Part shown: one piece after another, positions 39,585 to 51,351 of the stretch
How the letters are laid out: every line of letters begins with the position of its first letter
Numbering within the stretch: the first letter of the stretch is position 1
Virus record (IMG/VR): IMGVR_UViG_3300035510_000286
Span: 64,001 to 128,000 of that record
DNA length: 64,000 bases
Reading direction: 5' to 3' (one strand)
Origin: a virus
Lineage: Duplodnaviria > Caudoviricetes
The notes under the pieces: generated by a model
What the model was told of the DNA's origin: nothing
Database searches by the model: none
Seen by the model: the letters and a program-made list of their open reading frames with translations, nothing else
Made by a program: the position numbers and the translations under genes

Positions 39585-39848
39585 ATGGCAATTTCTGAGA
39601 ATAGCAAGAAGGTTATTAGTATTCTGCAGGCTAATGCAGATAAGGATCTGGTGGCAGCCGATATTGCAGATGCTCTGGGGCTGACTACTAAGCAGGTGAA
39701 TGGTGCTTTTACTTCTTCTCTGCAGAATAAGAAGATGGGCTACCGTGAGGAGTGCGAGGTTGAGCTGCCTGATGGTACTCATAAGCGTGTTAAGTTCCTG
39801 CGGCTGAATGAAGCTGGCATGAACTATGATGTGAACTCTGAGGGTTAA
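39585..39848 (+). CDS. small winged-helix DNA-binding protein
   Basis: LVAADIADALGLTTKQVNG; strong codon bias. Confidence 0.75.
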   Translation: MAISENSKKVISILQANADKDLVAADIADALGLTTKQVNGAFTSSLQNKKMGYREECEVELPDGTHKRVKFLRLNEAGMNYDVNSEG

Positions 39849-39908
39849 TAAAGGAGATAGTAGGGAGAGAATGGCTTAGTTTCATTCTCTCCTTATCTAA
39901 AATAAAAT

Positions 39909-40889
39909 ATGGATATTTTAGCTTGTATTCTTGCCTTTGCATTTTGTTTTTTAGCAGTTTATGCCTACAGCTTAAAGTAGGATGTTAAAAAAACTGTTAA
40001 ATTCAATGCAAAGTAGGCAGAAGAAAATAAACAATTAGAATAGACAGCAAATGACTTAAAAAATACAATAGAAAATTTAACTTTAGAAACTTCAAAAGTA
40101 AAAAGTGAATTAAAAGATAAGCAAGATTCTTTACTATATATTTCTGATTAGATTATACATTCTGAGAAGCAACAGAAGGATTTAGTAAATGACCAAGCTG
40201 AACGCCTAAGAATAGCTGGACAAGCAGAGAAGGAAAAACTACAAAGAGAATATGAAGATTACCGAGAAGAATTAAGGTCAAAACTAGAGAACTTCAAAGA
40301 TGAAATCTCGTTAAAACAAACTTCTATTTAGAGTGCTATAAAAGAAGAGGAATCTAAGTTAGCAGAATTGCGGGCAAAGTAGGATACGTATCTCTAGGAG
40401 CAACAGAGAAAAGAAGAAATGCTTCGTAAGAAAGATTATTATCGTTTATGTATCTCTGATGCGGAAATTGCGGATGTGCAAGCTTTGAGGAACTTTCAAT
40501 CTACCTTCTCGCGCAAAGAAGCTATAGATAAAATTTTGTGGGATATTTATTATAAACCCGCTTTTGACGTTCTTTCTTCACATTTGTTTGAAGGAACCGG
40601 TAAGGTTTGTGGAATTTATAAAATTACTTGCTTAGATATTGATAAAGCTTATATAGGTCAAAGCGTGGATATACGAGAACGTTGGCGGCAACATATCAAG
40701 TCTGCTTTATCTCATGAATCTACTTAGAATAAACTATATAAGGGCATGAAGGAATATGGCGTTCATAATTTTACTTTTGAAATATTAGAAGAAGTACCTA
40801 GAACGAAGTTGAATGAACGAGAAGTTTATTGGATTGATTTCTATAGAACTCAAGATTTTGGATTCAATGGAAATAAAGGTGGTAGTTAA
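39909..40889 (+). CDS. TM plus coiled-coil plus C-terminal GIY-YIG nuclease; many TAG codons
   Basis: One frame from ATG 39909 to TAA 40889, broken only by TAGs; CGIYKIT...YIGQS...LNEREVYWI. Confidence 0.75.
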
Positions 40890-41644
40890 TGGAAATTGAA
40901 AATATTTATGCAGATGGTTTTGAAGCAGCGATTCGAGGTATGAGGAATCCTATGAACTCCTGGGACCGCAGTGATTCAGCTTATATTGTAGATTTTTATA
41001 TGAAATCGTTTAATTCTAAAGTAAAAAGAATTTATGATTTATATGAAAATCCTGATTTTACTTTTGAAGAGTTTAAGAGAAATGGCTCTCTTGAGAGTGA
41101 GGTTTATGATTTAGGTTATTTCATTGGGCCTAATGACATGGATTTGGCGTGCCGATTGGTAAAATCTGGAAGTGAGCACCGTAAGTTCCTTAGACAGATT
41201 AACGTATCTATGGATATTACAGCACCGATTTATTTCTGGAAGGAAATGGACACCTATAAGCTCGGTACGACGTCGAATAGTACCTCGACAATGCATAAAC
41301 TTGCTTCCACTCCTATTACTCTTGATTGTTTTGAAACAGATGATTATGAACCTAGACTTGATTTAATTGATGATTCAAATCTCGGTATGAGAGTTGAATG
41401 TCTCATTAGTGATTTAGAGCAACTACGCCAGAGATTTAATGAAACAAAAGACAAAAGATACTGGAAGGAACTTGTGCGCTGGTTGCCTGAAAGTTGGTTG
41501 CAGACGAGAACTTGGTCAGCAAATTACGAGGTTCTAAGAAATATTTGCCATCAGCGCAAGGGCCATAAACTAAGTGAATGGAAGTATTTTTATGATACTA
41601 TTGCTACAGAAGTTCCTTATGCAAAGCAATTTATAATTGATTAA
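40889..41644 (+). CDS. ThyX-like (flavin-dependent thymidylate synthase-like) protein
   Basis: AIRGMRNPMNSW, EHRKFLRQI, STSTMH, LPESW, QRKGHKLSEW. Confidence 0.6.
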   Translation: MEIENIYADGFEAAIRGMRNPMNSWDRSDSAYIVDFYMKSFNSKVKRIYDLYENPDFTFEEFKRNGSLESEVYDLGYFIGPNDMDLACRLVKSGSEHRKFLRQINVSMDITAPIYFWKEMDTYKLGTTSNSTSTMHKLASTPITLDCFETDDYEPRLDLIDDSNLGMRVECLISDLEQLRQRFNETKDKRYWKELVRWLPESWLQTRTWSANYEVLRNICHQRKGHKLSEWKYFYDTIATEVPYAKQFIID

Positions 41645-41695
41645 AAAATAAATAAATGATATAATAATTAAAAAGATTAAGGAGAAAAAAGAAAT

Positions 41696-42613
41696 ATGGC
41701 TAAGAATAAGTTTGTAAATAGTGTTTATATTGAAGGTTATCTCTATGAGCATAAGCTTGAGAAGAAGGTTACTGGTCCTAACTCTAAGAAGCCCGGAACC
41801 GACTATATTAGAGGTACTATTAGCATTGCCACTGATGAAACCTTTATGAATGTTATTAGTGTTTACTTCTCTTACATTGATAGTTCTAATAATAACTTCT
41901 CGATTCTTGATGGTATTGTTTCCGGCCAGTATCCTTATGTGATGAAGGATGGCAAGGAGAATCTTACTTGTCTGAGAGTCAATACCAACATTGCACTGAA
42001 TGATTTCTATACTAAGGATAATGAGTTTGTTTCCACTAAGAGAAATGAGGGTGGATTTATTCATCTGATTAATCCTAGTGAACTCAAGTCTGATGTCAAA
42101 AAGCGGTCTGAGTTTGAAGCAGATATTATTATCAATGGTTTTACTCGAAAGGAAGCCGACGAGAGTAAGAATCTGCCTGAGAAGGGTATCGTGAAGGGTG
42201 CAGTCTTTAATTGGCGTGGTGACATTCTTCCTTGTGAACTTAGTGTCCTGAATCCTAGAGCTATTGACTACTTCGAGAGTCTTGAGCCTTCTACTGGAAA
42301 TCCTGTGTTTACTCGGGTTAAGGGTGTTGAAATTTCTCAGACTACTGTCCGCACTATTGAAGAGGAATCTGCGTTCGGTGAGCCTAGTGTGCGCGAGGTC
42401 GTTTCTTCTTATAAGGATTATGTAATTAATTGGGCGCAGCCTGAACCTTATATCTGGGATGATGAGAGTACCATTACTGCTGTGGAGCTGCAGGAGAAGA
42501 TTACTAAGAGAGAGATTGACCTTGCCGCAGAAAAGAAGCGGACTGAAGATTGGAGAAATTCGCAGAATAATGCTAGCGCATTTACTGTGAACAAGAACGA
42601 ATACAATTTTTAA
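41696..42613 (+). CDS. abundant replication protein, probable ssDNA-binding
   Basis: NSVYIEGYL OB-like start; high codon bias; precedes the AAA ATPase. Confidence 0.5.
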   Translation: MAKNKFVNSVYIEGYLYEHKLEKKVTGPNSKKPGTDYIRGTISIATDETFMNVISVYFSYIDSSNNNFSILDGIVSGQYPYVMKDGKENLTCLRVNTNIALNDFYTKDNEFVSTKRNEGGFIHLINPSELKSDVKKRSEFEADIIINGFTRKEADESKNLPEKGIVKGAVFNWRGDILPCELSVLNPRAIDYFESLEPSTGNPVFTRVKGVEISQTTVRTIEEESAFGEPSVREVVSSYKDYVINWAQPEPYIWDDESTITAVELQEKITKREIDLAAEKKRTEDWRNSQNNASAFTVNKNEYNF

Positions 42614-42625
42614 GGAGGTTGAATA

Positions 42626-44755
42626 ATGGCTATTAATCTTCTTAGTGTTCAGCCTCATAAGGTTTCTCGAGACCTGAGCGGCTATATTACTTTTTTATTT
42701 GGACCTGCGAAAAGCGGAAAGACGACCTTCGGCACTCAAATGCCAGGTCATCTTCTCCTAGCGTTCGAAAGAGGATTATGAATAACGCTTATGTTTCTTC
42801 TTATAAAAACAAATATTCTTTAACAGAACTTGGAAAGGATTACCTTCAAAAGCATTTGGAGAAAGGAGAAAGCTATAAAACTATAGCAAAAGAATTTGAT
42901 ATAAATCCTGATACTTTAAGTACTTTAGGTAAAAAAAATATGGTATTCAAAAAGATAATAGAAGAAAATTTTCTTTAAATGAATCATATTTTAAAAAAAT
43001 AGATACTAAAGAAAAAGCTTATTGGTTAGGATTTTTATCAGCGGATGGCTCAATTAGCGAAGATAGGGGTCGAGTAGATATTACTTTGCAGCCTCAAGAT
43101 GAAGAGCATTTAGAAAAATTCTTAAAAGCTGTTGGCTCTAATAAAAAAGTAACTCATAGTGCTTCGCAAAAGGGTAAATTCCCAAATGTTTATGTTCATC
43201 TTAATAGTGTTAAAATGGTAAAAGATTTAGTAGTTTTAGGTTGTCATCAAAATAAAAGTTTAGACTTAGAATATCCTACAGAAGGAAAAAGTACCTAAAG
43301 ATTTACAACTTTATTGGATTCTAGGATATTATGATGGAGATGGCGGGATTACTTATTCAGAAGATACTAAAAGATATAAAACATATTTTACAGGAACTTA
43401 TGAAGTAATTTCTAAAATTAATGAATTTTTGGGATATAATAATTCTATTCGCCAAGAACACAGATGTACAAATAATACTTATAAAGTTGAATATACAGAA
43501 GGAAAAACAGATGAATGGCTTAGTAAAGCTTATGATTCTGATACTAAAAAGTTTTGTTTAAAAAGAAAATTAGATAAATTTGAAAATGCGTTTACAGTCC
43601 GTAATACAAAGTGATTTGTATTAACGCCAAGAATTGAACTGCGGGAAACCCCTTAGAGCTTTAATAACCAAACTATCATAGTAATATAGATAGTGGCGAA
43701 GGTAATGACTAAGGTATGGTAAAATCATTAAAGATTGGGCAATCCGCAACGAAGCTTCCAACTTGGAAGAACGCTCAACGACTATCCAAATGGCGACGTG
43801 AAATACGTCTATAGGAGTAGGGCCTTAATGGTGGGTGAGAACCCCTTAAATCGAAGTGGTTCGCTTCTTTAAAAAAGAAGAAAGATATAGTCTATTCTTA
43901 TAGGAAACTATAAGTAGTAAAGATAACGCAATACCGGGCGCGATGGCTCAAGACATTACATCTTGGGGCGAGATGAAACAAGTCTTGCGAGAGCTGAAAA
44001 AGCCAGAAGTTAAAGAAACTTTCCAGAGTGTTATTGTGGATACCGCTGATATTGCTGCTGATATGTGTCAGAAGTATATTTGTAATCAGCTTGGAATTGA
44101 CAATATCGGGGACGGCGGATGGACTAATAATGGCTGGAGTAAATATAAAAAGGAGTTCGAAGACACTTTTAGATCTCTGGCTCAAATGGGATATGCAATC
44201 GTGTTTTTGTCCCATGACAAGGAAAAGACGGTTAAGCCGCAGAACGGAGCTGAATATCAGCAGATTGGTTCCTCTATTCAGAGTTCTGCACTTTCTATCA
44301 TCGAAAATATGAGCGATATTATTGCTTATGCACATCCTAAGATGCTAGCAGATGGTACATCTCGCATGGTACTTACTCTTCGCTCCCCTGATAATAGTAT
44401 TCGATGCGGTTGCCGCTTTAAGTATATTGAACCCGAGATTGACTTTTCTTACGAAGCTCTCGTTTCCGCTCTTAACAAGGCTATTGATAAAGAAGCAGAA
44501 ATGACTGATGGTAAATATGTTACTAATGAAAAACAGCAGATTACTGCCGCTAAGGAATATGACTTTGAAGGCATGATGAGTGAGTTCCAAAGTCTCGTTG
44601 GTACGCTTATGGAGCAGAATCAGTCTAATGCAATGAAGATTACTGCTCTTGTTGAGAAATATCTTGGTAAAGGTAAGAAAGTTGGAGATTGTACTCCTTC
44701 TCAGTGTGAGCAATTAGAGCTGATTCTTTTGGATATGAAAGATATGGTTGAATAA
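42626..44755 (+). CDS. AAA ATPase (Sak4/AAA_24-like), join(42626..42776,43923..44755)
   Basis: GPAKSGKTT; splicing gives AFERG-YNAIPG; VIVDTAD; FLSHDK; 328 codons. Confidence 0.85.
42777..43922 (+). mobile_element. group I intron carrying a degenerate LAGLIDADG endonuclease
   Basis: P AACTGCGGGAA, Q AATCCGCAAC, R TCAACGACTA, S AAGATATAGTC; terminal G. Confidence 0.88.
42778..43614 (+). pseudogene. LAGLIDADG homing endonuclease with two frameshifts
   Basis: KAYWLGFLSADG and WILGYYDGDG lie in different frames; shifts at A-runs near 42935 and 43290. Confidence 0.75.
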
Positions 44756-44845
44756 AATGAGAAAGCAAGGGCTTTGAAGCTCTTGCTTTTCTTATTATAA
44801 TATGATATAATATTTATATAAATTAAATGGAAAGGAGGAATATGT

Positions 44846-45364
44846 ATGGCCAAGCATCTCGTTAAATGTCTGTATTGTGGCGAGCAAATGGATGTAAATA
44901 GCGAGGAGTATGTAAAACCGAGATCGAATAGATATGCCCATAAAGCTTGTGCGGAAAAGGGTATAAAGATTAAAACCCCAGAAGAGCAAGATCTTGAGAA
45001 TTTGTATAGTTATATCAAGCAATTATTTGGTTATGAAACTATACCAGCAGTAGTAACAAAACAAATTAAGCAATATGCTAAAGAATATCATTATACTTAT
45101 TCTGGGATGCTTAAAACTTTAGTTTATCATTATGAGATTAAACATGGCGATTTATCTAAAGCAGAAGGTAGAGTAGGAATTATCCCATATCAATATGACG
45201 ATGCAGCTAGATATTACTACTCTATATGGCTCGCGCAGCAGCAGAATGATAGTATAGATTTGGATGAATATATACTTCCGACTAAGACCATTCATATATC
45301 TTCTCCTGAGCGAGAAATAATGAAACGGAGAAATAATTCTTTTTCTTTCCTAGAGGAGGAGTGA
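44846..45364 (+). CDS. Zn-finger protein upstream of the helicase (possible loader or partner)
   Basis: CLYC...HKAC; VGIIPY. Confidence 0.6.
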   Translation: MAKHLVKCLYCGEQMDVNSEEYVKPRSNRYAHKACAEKGIKIKTPEEQDLENLYSYIKQLFGYETIPAVVTKQIKQYAKEYHYTYSGMLKTLVYHYEIKHGDLSKAEGRVGIIPYQYDDAARYYYSIWLAQQQNDSIDLDEYILPTKTIHISSPEREIMKRRNNSFSFLEEE

Positions 45365-45365
45365 A

Positions 45366-47932
45366 ATGAGCGATTACATTGATACTACTGCTGTTATTCA
45401 GGTAATTGGATGCGTGTTAAATACTCCTTCTATCTTGGATGAAACAGATAAATATACTATTACTGATGAAGATTTTGCACAAGAGTTTCATAGAATTGTC
45501 TTTGGTAGTATTTATAATATTCATTCTAGTGGTAATGACGTCACAATAGATAGTATTATAGATTATTTAAGCAACAGACCGAAATATGATGCAATCTTTC
45601 ATCAGAATAAAGGTCCTGAATATCTAGTTAAAATTTCACAAATAGCTACTCAAGATACTTTTAATTATTACTACAATAGATTAAAGAAATTCACTCTTAT
45701 GCGGGCGTATGATAATTTTGGCTTAGATATGCGTCAGTTCTATGACCCAACTAATGTGTTAGATACAAAAAAGAAGCAACAGCAAGAAGATTGGTTAGAT
45801 AACATTTCACTTGCGGGAATAGCTGAAATGATTGATGCTAGTATTGATGACATTAGACTAAGATGTGTTGATGACGACGGGACTGAAGGTTATCAAGCTG
45901 GTGATGATATTCTCGCGCTTATCCAGGATTTGGAAAAACATCCAGAAGTTGGAATTCCGCTCTACGGGCCTCTTATTAATACAGTTACTAGAGGCGCGAG
46001 ACTTAGAAAATTTTATCTTCGGTCAGCAGCTACAGGGGTAGGCAAAACACGCACTATGGTGGCAGATGCCTGTAATTTTGCGTGTAACGAAATCTATGAG
46101 CCTGACTTTGGTATGTGGATTAGAAATGGTAAATCTCAGCCAACTCTTTTTATCGCTACAGAACAAGATAAAAGTGAAGTACAAACTATGATGTTGGCTT
46201 TTGTTTCTGCTGTTAATGAAGAGCATATCCTGAATGGTCAATATGAAGATGGAGAAAGAGATAGAGTAATCAAGGCGGCAGAAATTCTTAAGCAAGCTAC
46301 ATTATGGATAGAAGAACTACCAGATTTTTCTCTGCAAGATATCGAAAACAAAATTAAAAAAGGCATTAGAGATCACGACGTAAAATACGTGGTTCAATAA
46401 AGTGAGCCAATGAAAAACTTTTCCAGCTACCACTGGGGTTTGTTTAATAAACAAGCTAACGGGGAAGCCTAAACTAGTAATAGCATGGTAATCCCGTGGG
46501 AAACTTTGGACAGAAATAATCAAAGTTGTTGTGACTATTTTCATATATAGTATAAATAAAAAAAGGAGAGTTACAATAATGGGAATTATTTATTGTTTTA
46601 CCAATCTTATTAATAATAAAAAGTATATCGGACAATCAATTCGAGAAGATAACACTAGATATAATAATCATATTTATGATTCAAAACATGAAAAAAGCTC
46701 TGGATATGAATATCCTTTACATAGAGCCATTCGGAAATACGGCATTGAAAATTTTAAATATGAAATTTTAATTAGTGGAATTGATGATATAAATATCCTT
46801 AATTAGTTAGAAGTATATTATATACAAAAGGAAAATAGCCAAGTACCAAACGGATATAATATTGCAGATGGCGGCAAAAATTGTTCAATTCCTAAGACAG
46901 AAGAACAAAAAGAAAAAGCTACATGGTCGCAAGCTAAATTAACTAAAGAAGAAATTATTGAATTAAGATTGGCGTATTAGAGAAAAGAAAGCCCGAAGAA
47001 GATTTATAATGAAAAATATAAAGATAGATTACATTATAATTCTTTTTTAAATATTTGGTCTGGCAGACGATACAAAAATATTATGCCAGAAGTACTAGAA
47101 AATGGGCGTCACACTAAAATGACTTTAGAGTTAGCTAATGAAATAAGAAATATTTATCAAACTGAGAAAATTTCTTATCAGAAGTTAGCTGATAAATATG
47201 GAGTATCTAAAAGCACAATAGCGGATATTATCTCTAATAGGACATGGAAAAATGTCTAAAGAACCTGTATCGACTATTCCCGAGGCCTTCTGGGCGGGGA
47301 AGTAGGGCTGTTATTGGTACACAGCGAGATTTTAGGAAACGAAGTCTCTGAAAACCGAAAAGGTTTCCTTCCAAAACGGAAGTAAAATATAGTCAGTTCT
47401 TATTGAAAAATAAGAGGAAAAATGTCACGATTACATTCATACTAGCTTAAAAATCTTAAGCGAGATTACGAGGAAGAGTGGCGGTGTTAGGTTGCGTGAG
47501 GACAATGTTCTTTTTATGCTTTCAGCTCGTTTAAAAGATATTGCTAATACTTATGGTGTTTTTATTTTATCGGGCACTCAGCTTAATGGTAGCTATACAG
47601 ATAGCGAGACTCCTGACCAAAATTTACTTCGAGGTGCAAAATCGATAGCGGACAAGATTGATGTCGGTATGATTCTATTGAACGTAAAAGACGAAGATCT
47701 CGTTAAATTAGAACCAGTTCTTGCTTCTGGCAGATTTAAAACTCCAAATATTAAAATGTCAGTTTATAAAAACAGAAGAGGTAGATATAAAGGAGTTTAT
47801 CTCTGGTGTTATGCCGATTTAGGAACTTGTAGAGTAAAACCGATGTTTGCAACTACTTATAATCACGAAATGGTTAGTATTGAAGATATTAAAATTATGG
47901 TGGATGATGATGCGCCACCTTGGGAGGAATAA
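45366..47932 (+). CDS. dnaB: DnaB-like replicative helicase, join(45366..46393,47425..47932)
   Basis: SAATGVGKT, FIATEQ; splicing gives KYVV-HDYIH; TQLN, KNRRG; 512 codons. Confidence 0.9.
46394..47424 (+). mobile_element. group I intron in dnaB with a GIY-YIG ORF
   Basis: P1 UGGU/GCCA; GCTAACGGGGAA, AATCCCGTG, GTATCGACTA, AATATAGTC; terminal G. Confidence 0.9.
46579..47259 (+). CDS. intron-encoded GIY-YIG endonuclease (TAG=Gln at 46804 and 46978)
   Basis: GIIYCFTN...YIGQS; LN(Q)LEVYYI...GYNIADGG; C-terminal HTH. Confidence 0.85.
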
Positions 47933-47933
47933 T

Positions 47934-48194
47934 ATGGATTTAGATAAATTTGTTTAGATGCTTAACTCGCATCTCTGCCTAGAAAATAAATTTACAGTTC
48001 AAGAATTCACTGATTTATTGAGCGAGTATGAAGCAGAAGGCGGTAAATCAGACGCTTTGCTTCTATCTTTATATTATATTATAATGGCTATAGACAATAG
48101 AAGTGCTAATAATGTTGCTTATTGGAAAGGAAGAGCAGAAGCATATTAGACTATTTTAGAACAATTCTTTGACCAAAATGATATGATGATGTAA
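47934..48194 (+). CDS. hypothetical protein with two TAG codons
   Basis: GGAGG RBS at ATG 47934; frame broken only by TAG. Confidence 0.55.
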
Positions 48195-48207
48195 AGGAGA
48201 ATATATT

Positions 48208-48369
48208 ATGGGTGTTGAATATAAGATGTCTAAGGAAACTTATGAAGGTATCCTGAAAACTCGCAAGAGTGAAACTGAAAAGCGCAAGAATCCTAAGGAT
48301 TATGTCATTGATTATCTGAATAAAACTGCTGGAATTAAGGGAGAAATTACCAATCTGATTGTCGGCTAA
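48208..48369 (+). CDS. small hypothetical protein (not in ORF track)
   Basis: AAGGAG RBS; 53 aa. Confidence 0.6.
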   Translation: MGVEYKMSKETYEGILKTRKSETEKRKNPKDYVIDYLNKTAGIKGEITNLIVG

Positions 48370-48372
48370 ACT

Positions 48373-49482
48373 ATGGCTGGATATTATAATAAGGATACAA
48401 TAAAAAGCCAACTAGAAATCGAACAAATATACGATTTATTGGTACAGCTTGGTGGAGAACCCGAATATGTAGAAACTGGATTAATTTCTCAGACTATATG
48501 TCATAATCGACCTGGAGAAGGTTCCCGCAAGTTGTATTATTATGAAAATAGTAAACTTTTTAATTGTTATTCAGGTTGTGAAGAACCTAGTTTTGATGTG
48601 TTTCAACTTGTTATTAAAACTGCTAAGATTCAAAGAAATTTAGACTATGAACTATATGATGCAATGTGTTATATAGCTGATTTCTTTGGACTTGCGGAGG
48701 CTCCTAGACCGAAGGAGTATAATAACGAGTTAAAAGACTGGAAAATCTTTGATAGATATGACTATTCTACCGAGAAAACTCAATTAGTACAGCTTAAGGA
48801 ATATGATAAGTCTATTCTTAATAGATTTAATTATCCTAGAATCTTAAATTGGGAAGCAGAAGGAATAAGTAAAGAAATCTGTAAAAAATATATGATAGGC
48901 TACTATCCCACGCATGAGCAAATTACAATTCCACATTTTGATATTTCTGGTAGATTAGTCGGGATACGCGGCCGCAGCTTGGCGGAAGATGATGCTAACC
49001 GATATGGCAAATATAGACCTCTTACTATAGATGGTAAGACTTATAGTCACGCATTATCTATGAATCTATACAACCTTAACTTTAGCTTTAAGGCGATTCA
49101 GACCGCCAAGGCCGCAATCGTGTATGAAAGCGAAAAAAGCTGTATGAAATCAAGATGCTTGTATGGGGACTCTGATATTTCTGTTGCTTGTTGCGGCAGT
49201 AGCTTATCGGCATATCAAGTCGAGATGCTATTACAACTTGGGGTTAGAGAAATCATTATTGCTTTTGACCGGCAGTTTCAAGAGATTGGCGACGAAGAAT
49301 TTAAACGTCTAAAGCATAAGCTAATAGGATTTCATAACAAGTATAAGAATCGAGTCAAAATTACTTGTATCTTTGATAAAGGTATGCTTACAGACTACAA
49401 AGATTCCCCTATCGACCAAGGTAAAAGTATTTTTGAAGAATTACTAAATAATAGATTTATACCCACAAACAAAAATGATTAA
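48373..49482 (+). CDS. DNA primase (DnaG-like, Zn-binding plus TOPRIM)
   Basis: CH...CYSGC; IPHFD..G.LVGIRGR; YESEKS; IAFD. Confidence 0.85.
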   Translation: MAGYYNKDTIKSQLEIEQIYDLLVQLGGEPEYVETGLISQTICHNRPGEGSRKLYYYENSKLFNCYSGCEEPSFDVFQLVIKTAKIQRNLDYELYDAMCYIADFFGLAEAPRPKEYNNELKDWKIFDRYDYSTEKTQLVQLKEYDKSILNRFNYPRILNWEAEGISKEICKKYMIGYYPTHEQITIPHFDISGRLVGIRGRSLAEDDANRYGKYRPLTIDGKTYSHALSMNLYNLNFSFKAIQTAKAAIVYESEKSCMKSRCLYGDSDISVACCGSSLSAYQVEMLLQLGVREIIIAFDRQFQEIGDEEFKRLKHKLIGFHNKYKNRVKITCIFDKGMLTDYKDSPIDQGKSIFEELLNNRFIPTNKND

Positions 49483-49536
49483 TTTATTTAAGAGTTTTTT
49501 AAAATAAATTGTGGTGTTTTGGAAGGAGAGACAAGA

Positions 49537-51279
49537 TTGAAGTATTAGCTAATAAATCCAATAAATAAAGAATATACACCAATCGTTTAGGTATTAACAA
49601 ATCGAGGAATTGAATATGATGAAGTTTCTCATTATCTAAACACCACAGATGAAGATATTTATTCTTCTCTTCTGCTTGATAGAATTGATGAAGCTGCTAA
49701 AATGTTAGTAAAGCATTTAGCTGATGATAAACTGATTTATGTGATTGTTGACGCTGATTGTGATGGTTTCACTTCATCTGCTATCTTGCTAAATTATTTA
49801 CATGAGTGGATGCCAAGTATAGTTGAATCTAAGTTTTATTATGTATTTCATCCCGGCAAGCAACATGGTATTGATGTTTCTTAGATTAAAGAAGGAACTG
49901 GCCTAGTGATTGCCGCCGACTCTAGTAGTAATGAAGTTGAAATTCATAAGGAACTTTTTGAGCAAGGTATTGATGTACTTATACTGGATCACCACCACGC
50001 AGACAGTATTTCAGAATACGCTTGCGTAGTTAATAATCAACTTTGTGATTATCCTACTAAATCTCTTTCGGGCGCTGGAATTGTTTACAAATTCTGTCAA
50101 TATTTGGATACGCTCCGAGAAGAAAATAAAGCTGATTTACAGCTTGATTTAACTATGTTAGGCATCACCGCTGATATGATGTCGCTACGAGACATGGAAA
50201 CCCGCCAGATTATTTCAAAAGGAATCGCATAGATTCGTAATCCATTTCTGGCTGGTATGGTAGAGAAGAATGAATACTCAATAGGAAGTGCAGTTACTCC
50301 AATAGGAATCGCATTTTATGTGGCTCCTTACGTTAATGCAATTACGAGAGTGGGAACATTAGAAGAGAAAATAACTTTATTTGAATCTATGCTTGAATGG
50401 AAAGCATATGAGGAAATACCATCTACTAAACGTGGATGTAAAGGTTTGTTTGAATCTAGGGTTGAACAAGCTATTAGGACCTGCATTAACGTGAAAAATA
50501 GGCAGACAAGACTTAGAGATGATAGCTTAGAAGCAATAGAAAATAAGATTGAAGAAGAGAAGCTACTAGATAAAAAACTTCTTATTATTAAATTAGATAA
50601 TATTTCAGTTGATCGTTCTATTGCCGGATTAATAGCAAATTAGCTAATGTCTAAGTACCAAAGACCTACAGCTATTCTTAGTCCTTATGAATCAGAAGAA
50701 GGATTAAAGTGGGAAGGTTCTGCTAGAGGCTACGATAAATCTCAATTAAAAGATTTTAGAACCTTTTGTGAAGATTCCAATTTAGTCTATCTTGCGCAAG
50801 GACACGCAAATGCTTTTGGATTAGGTATCCTTGATTCTAATTTTGAAGCATTTATGGAATATGCTGAAAAGGAATTAGAAGATATAGAGTTTGAACCTTC
50901 ATATCGAGTTGACTATATTTTTTCTGCCAATGATTTTAATTCCGCTATGATTCTTGATATTGCAAGTTTAAAACCTTGGTGGGGCCAAGATATTGACGAA
51001 GCCTATGTAGCAATAGAAGGAATTAAAGTGACAAGAGATAATTTATATCTGATGTCGCGTGATAAAAATCCCACTTTAAAGATAAATTTACCGAATGGAG
51101 TTAGCTGCATTAAATTTAAGTCAAGTGAGGAAGAGTTTAATAAACTATTCTCTGAATCCGGTTGTGTTGTTATCAATGTCGTAGGTAAATGTGAAGCAAA
51201 TGTATGGAATGACATGGTAACACCCTAGATTATCATTGAGAATTATGATATTATGGAAACTCAGCAATTTTATTTTTAA
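49537..51279 (+). CDS. recJ: RecJ-like DHH exonuclease with six TAG codons
   Basis: DADCDG, DHH, SGAG, ADMM, GSARG, GHANAFG, TP(Q)III; four track ORFs share one frame. Confidence 0.9.
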
Positions 51280-51351
51280 TCTCAATAGCGCAACCGACTT
51301 AAACGAATAAGGGATAAACCCTTAAACATTTAAGAAAGGAAGCAAATTTAA

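Noticed and set aside
41570-42658. 362-aa minus-strand ORF
   Set aside because: Antisense shadow of the strongly codon-biased 41696-42613 gene.
49702-51228. RecJ, PhoH, endolysin and fibre fragments as pseudogenes or separate genes
   Set aside because: Fragments are in frame and separated only by TAG; recoding explains them.
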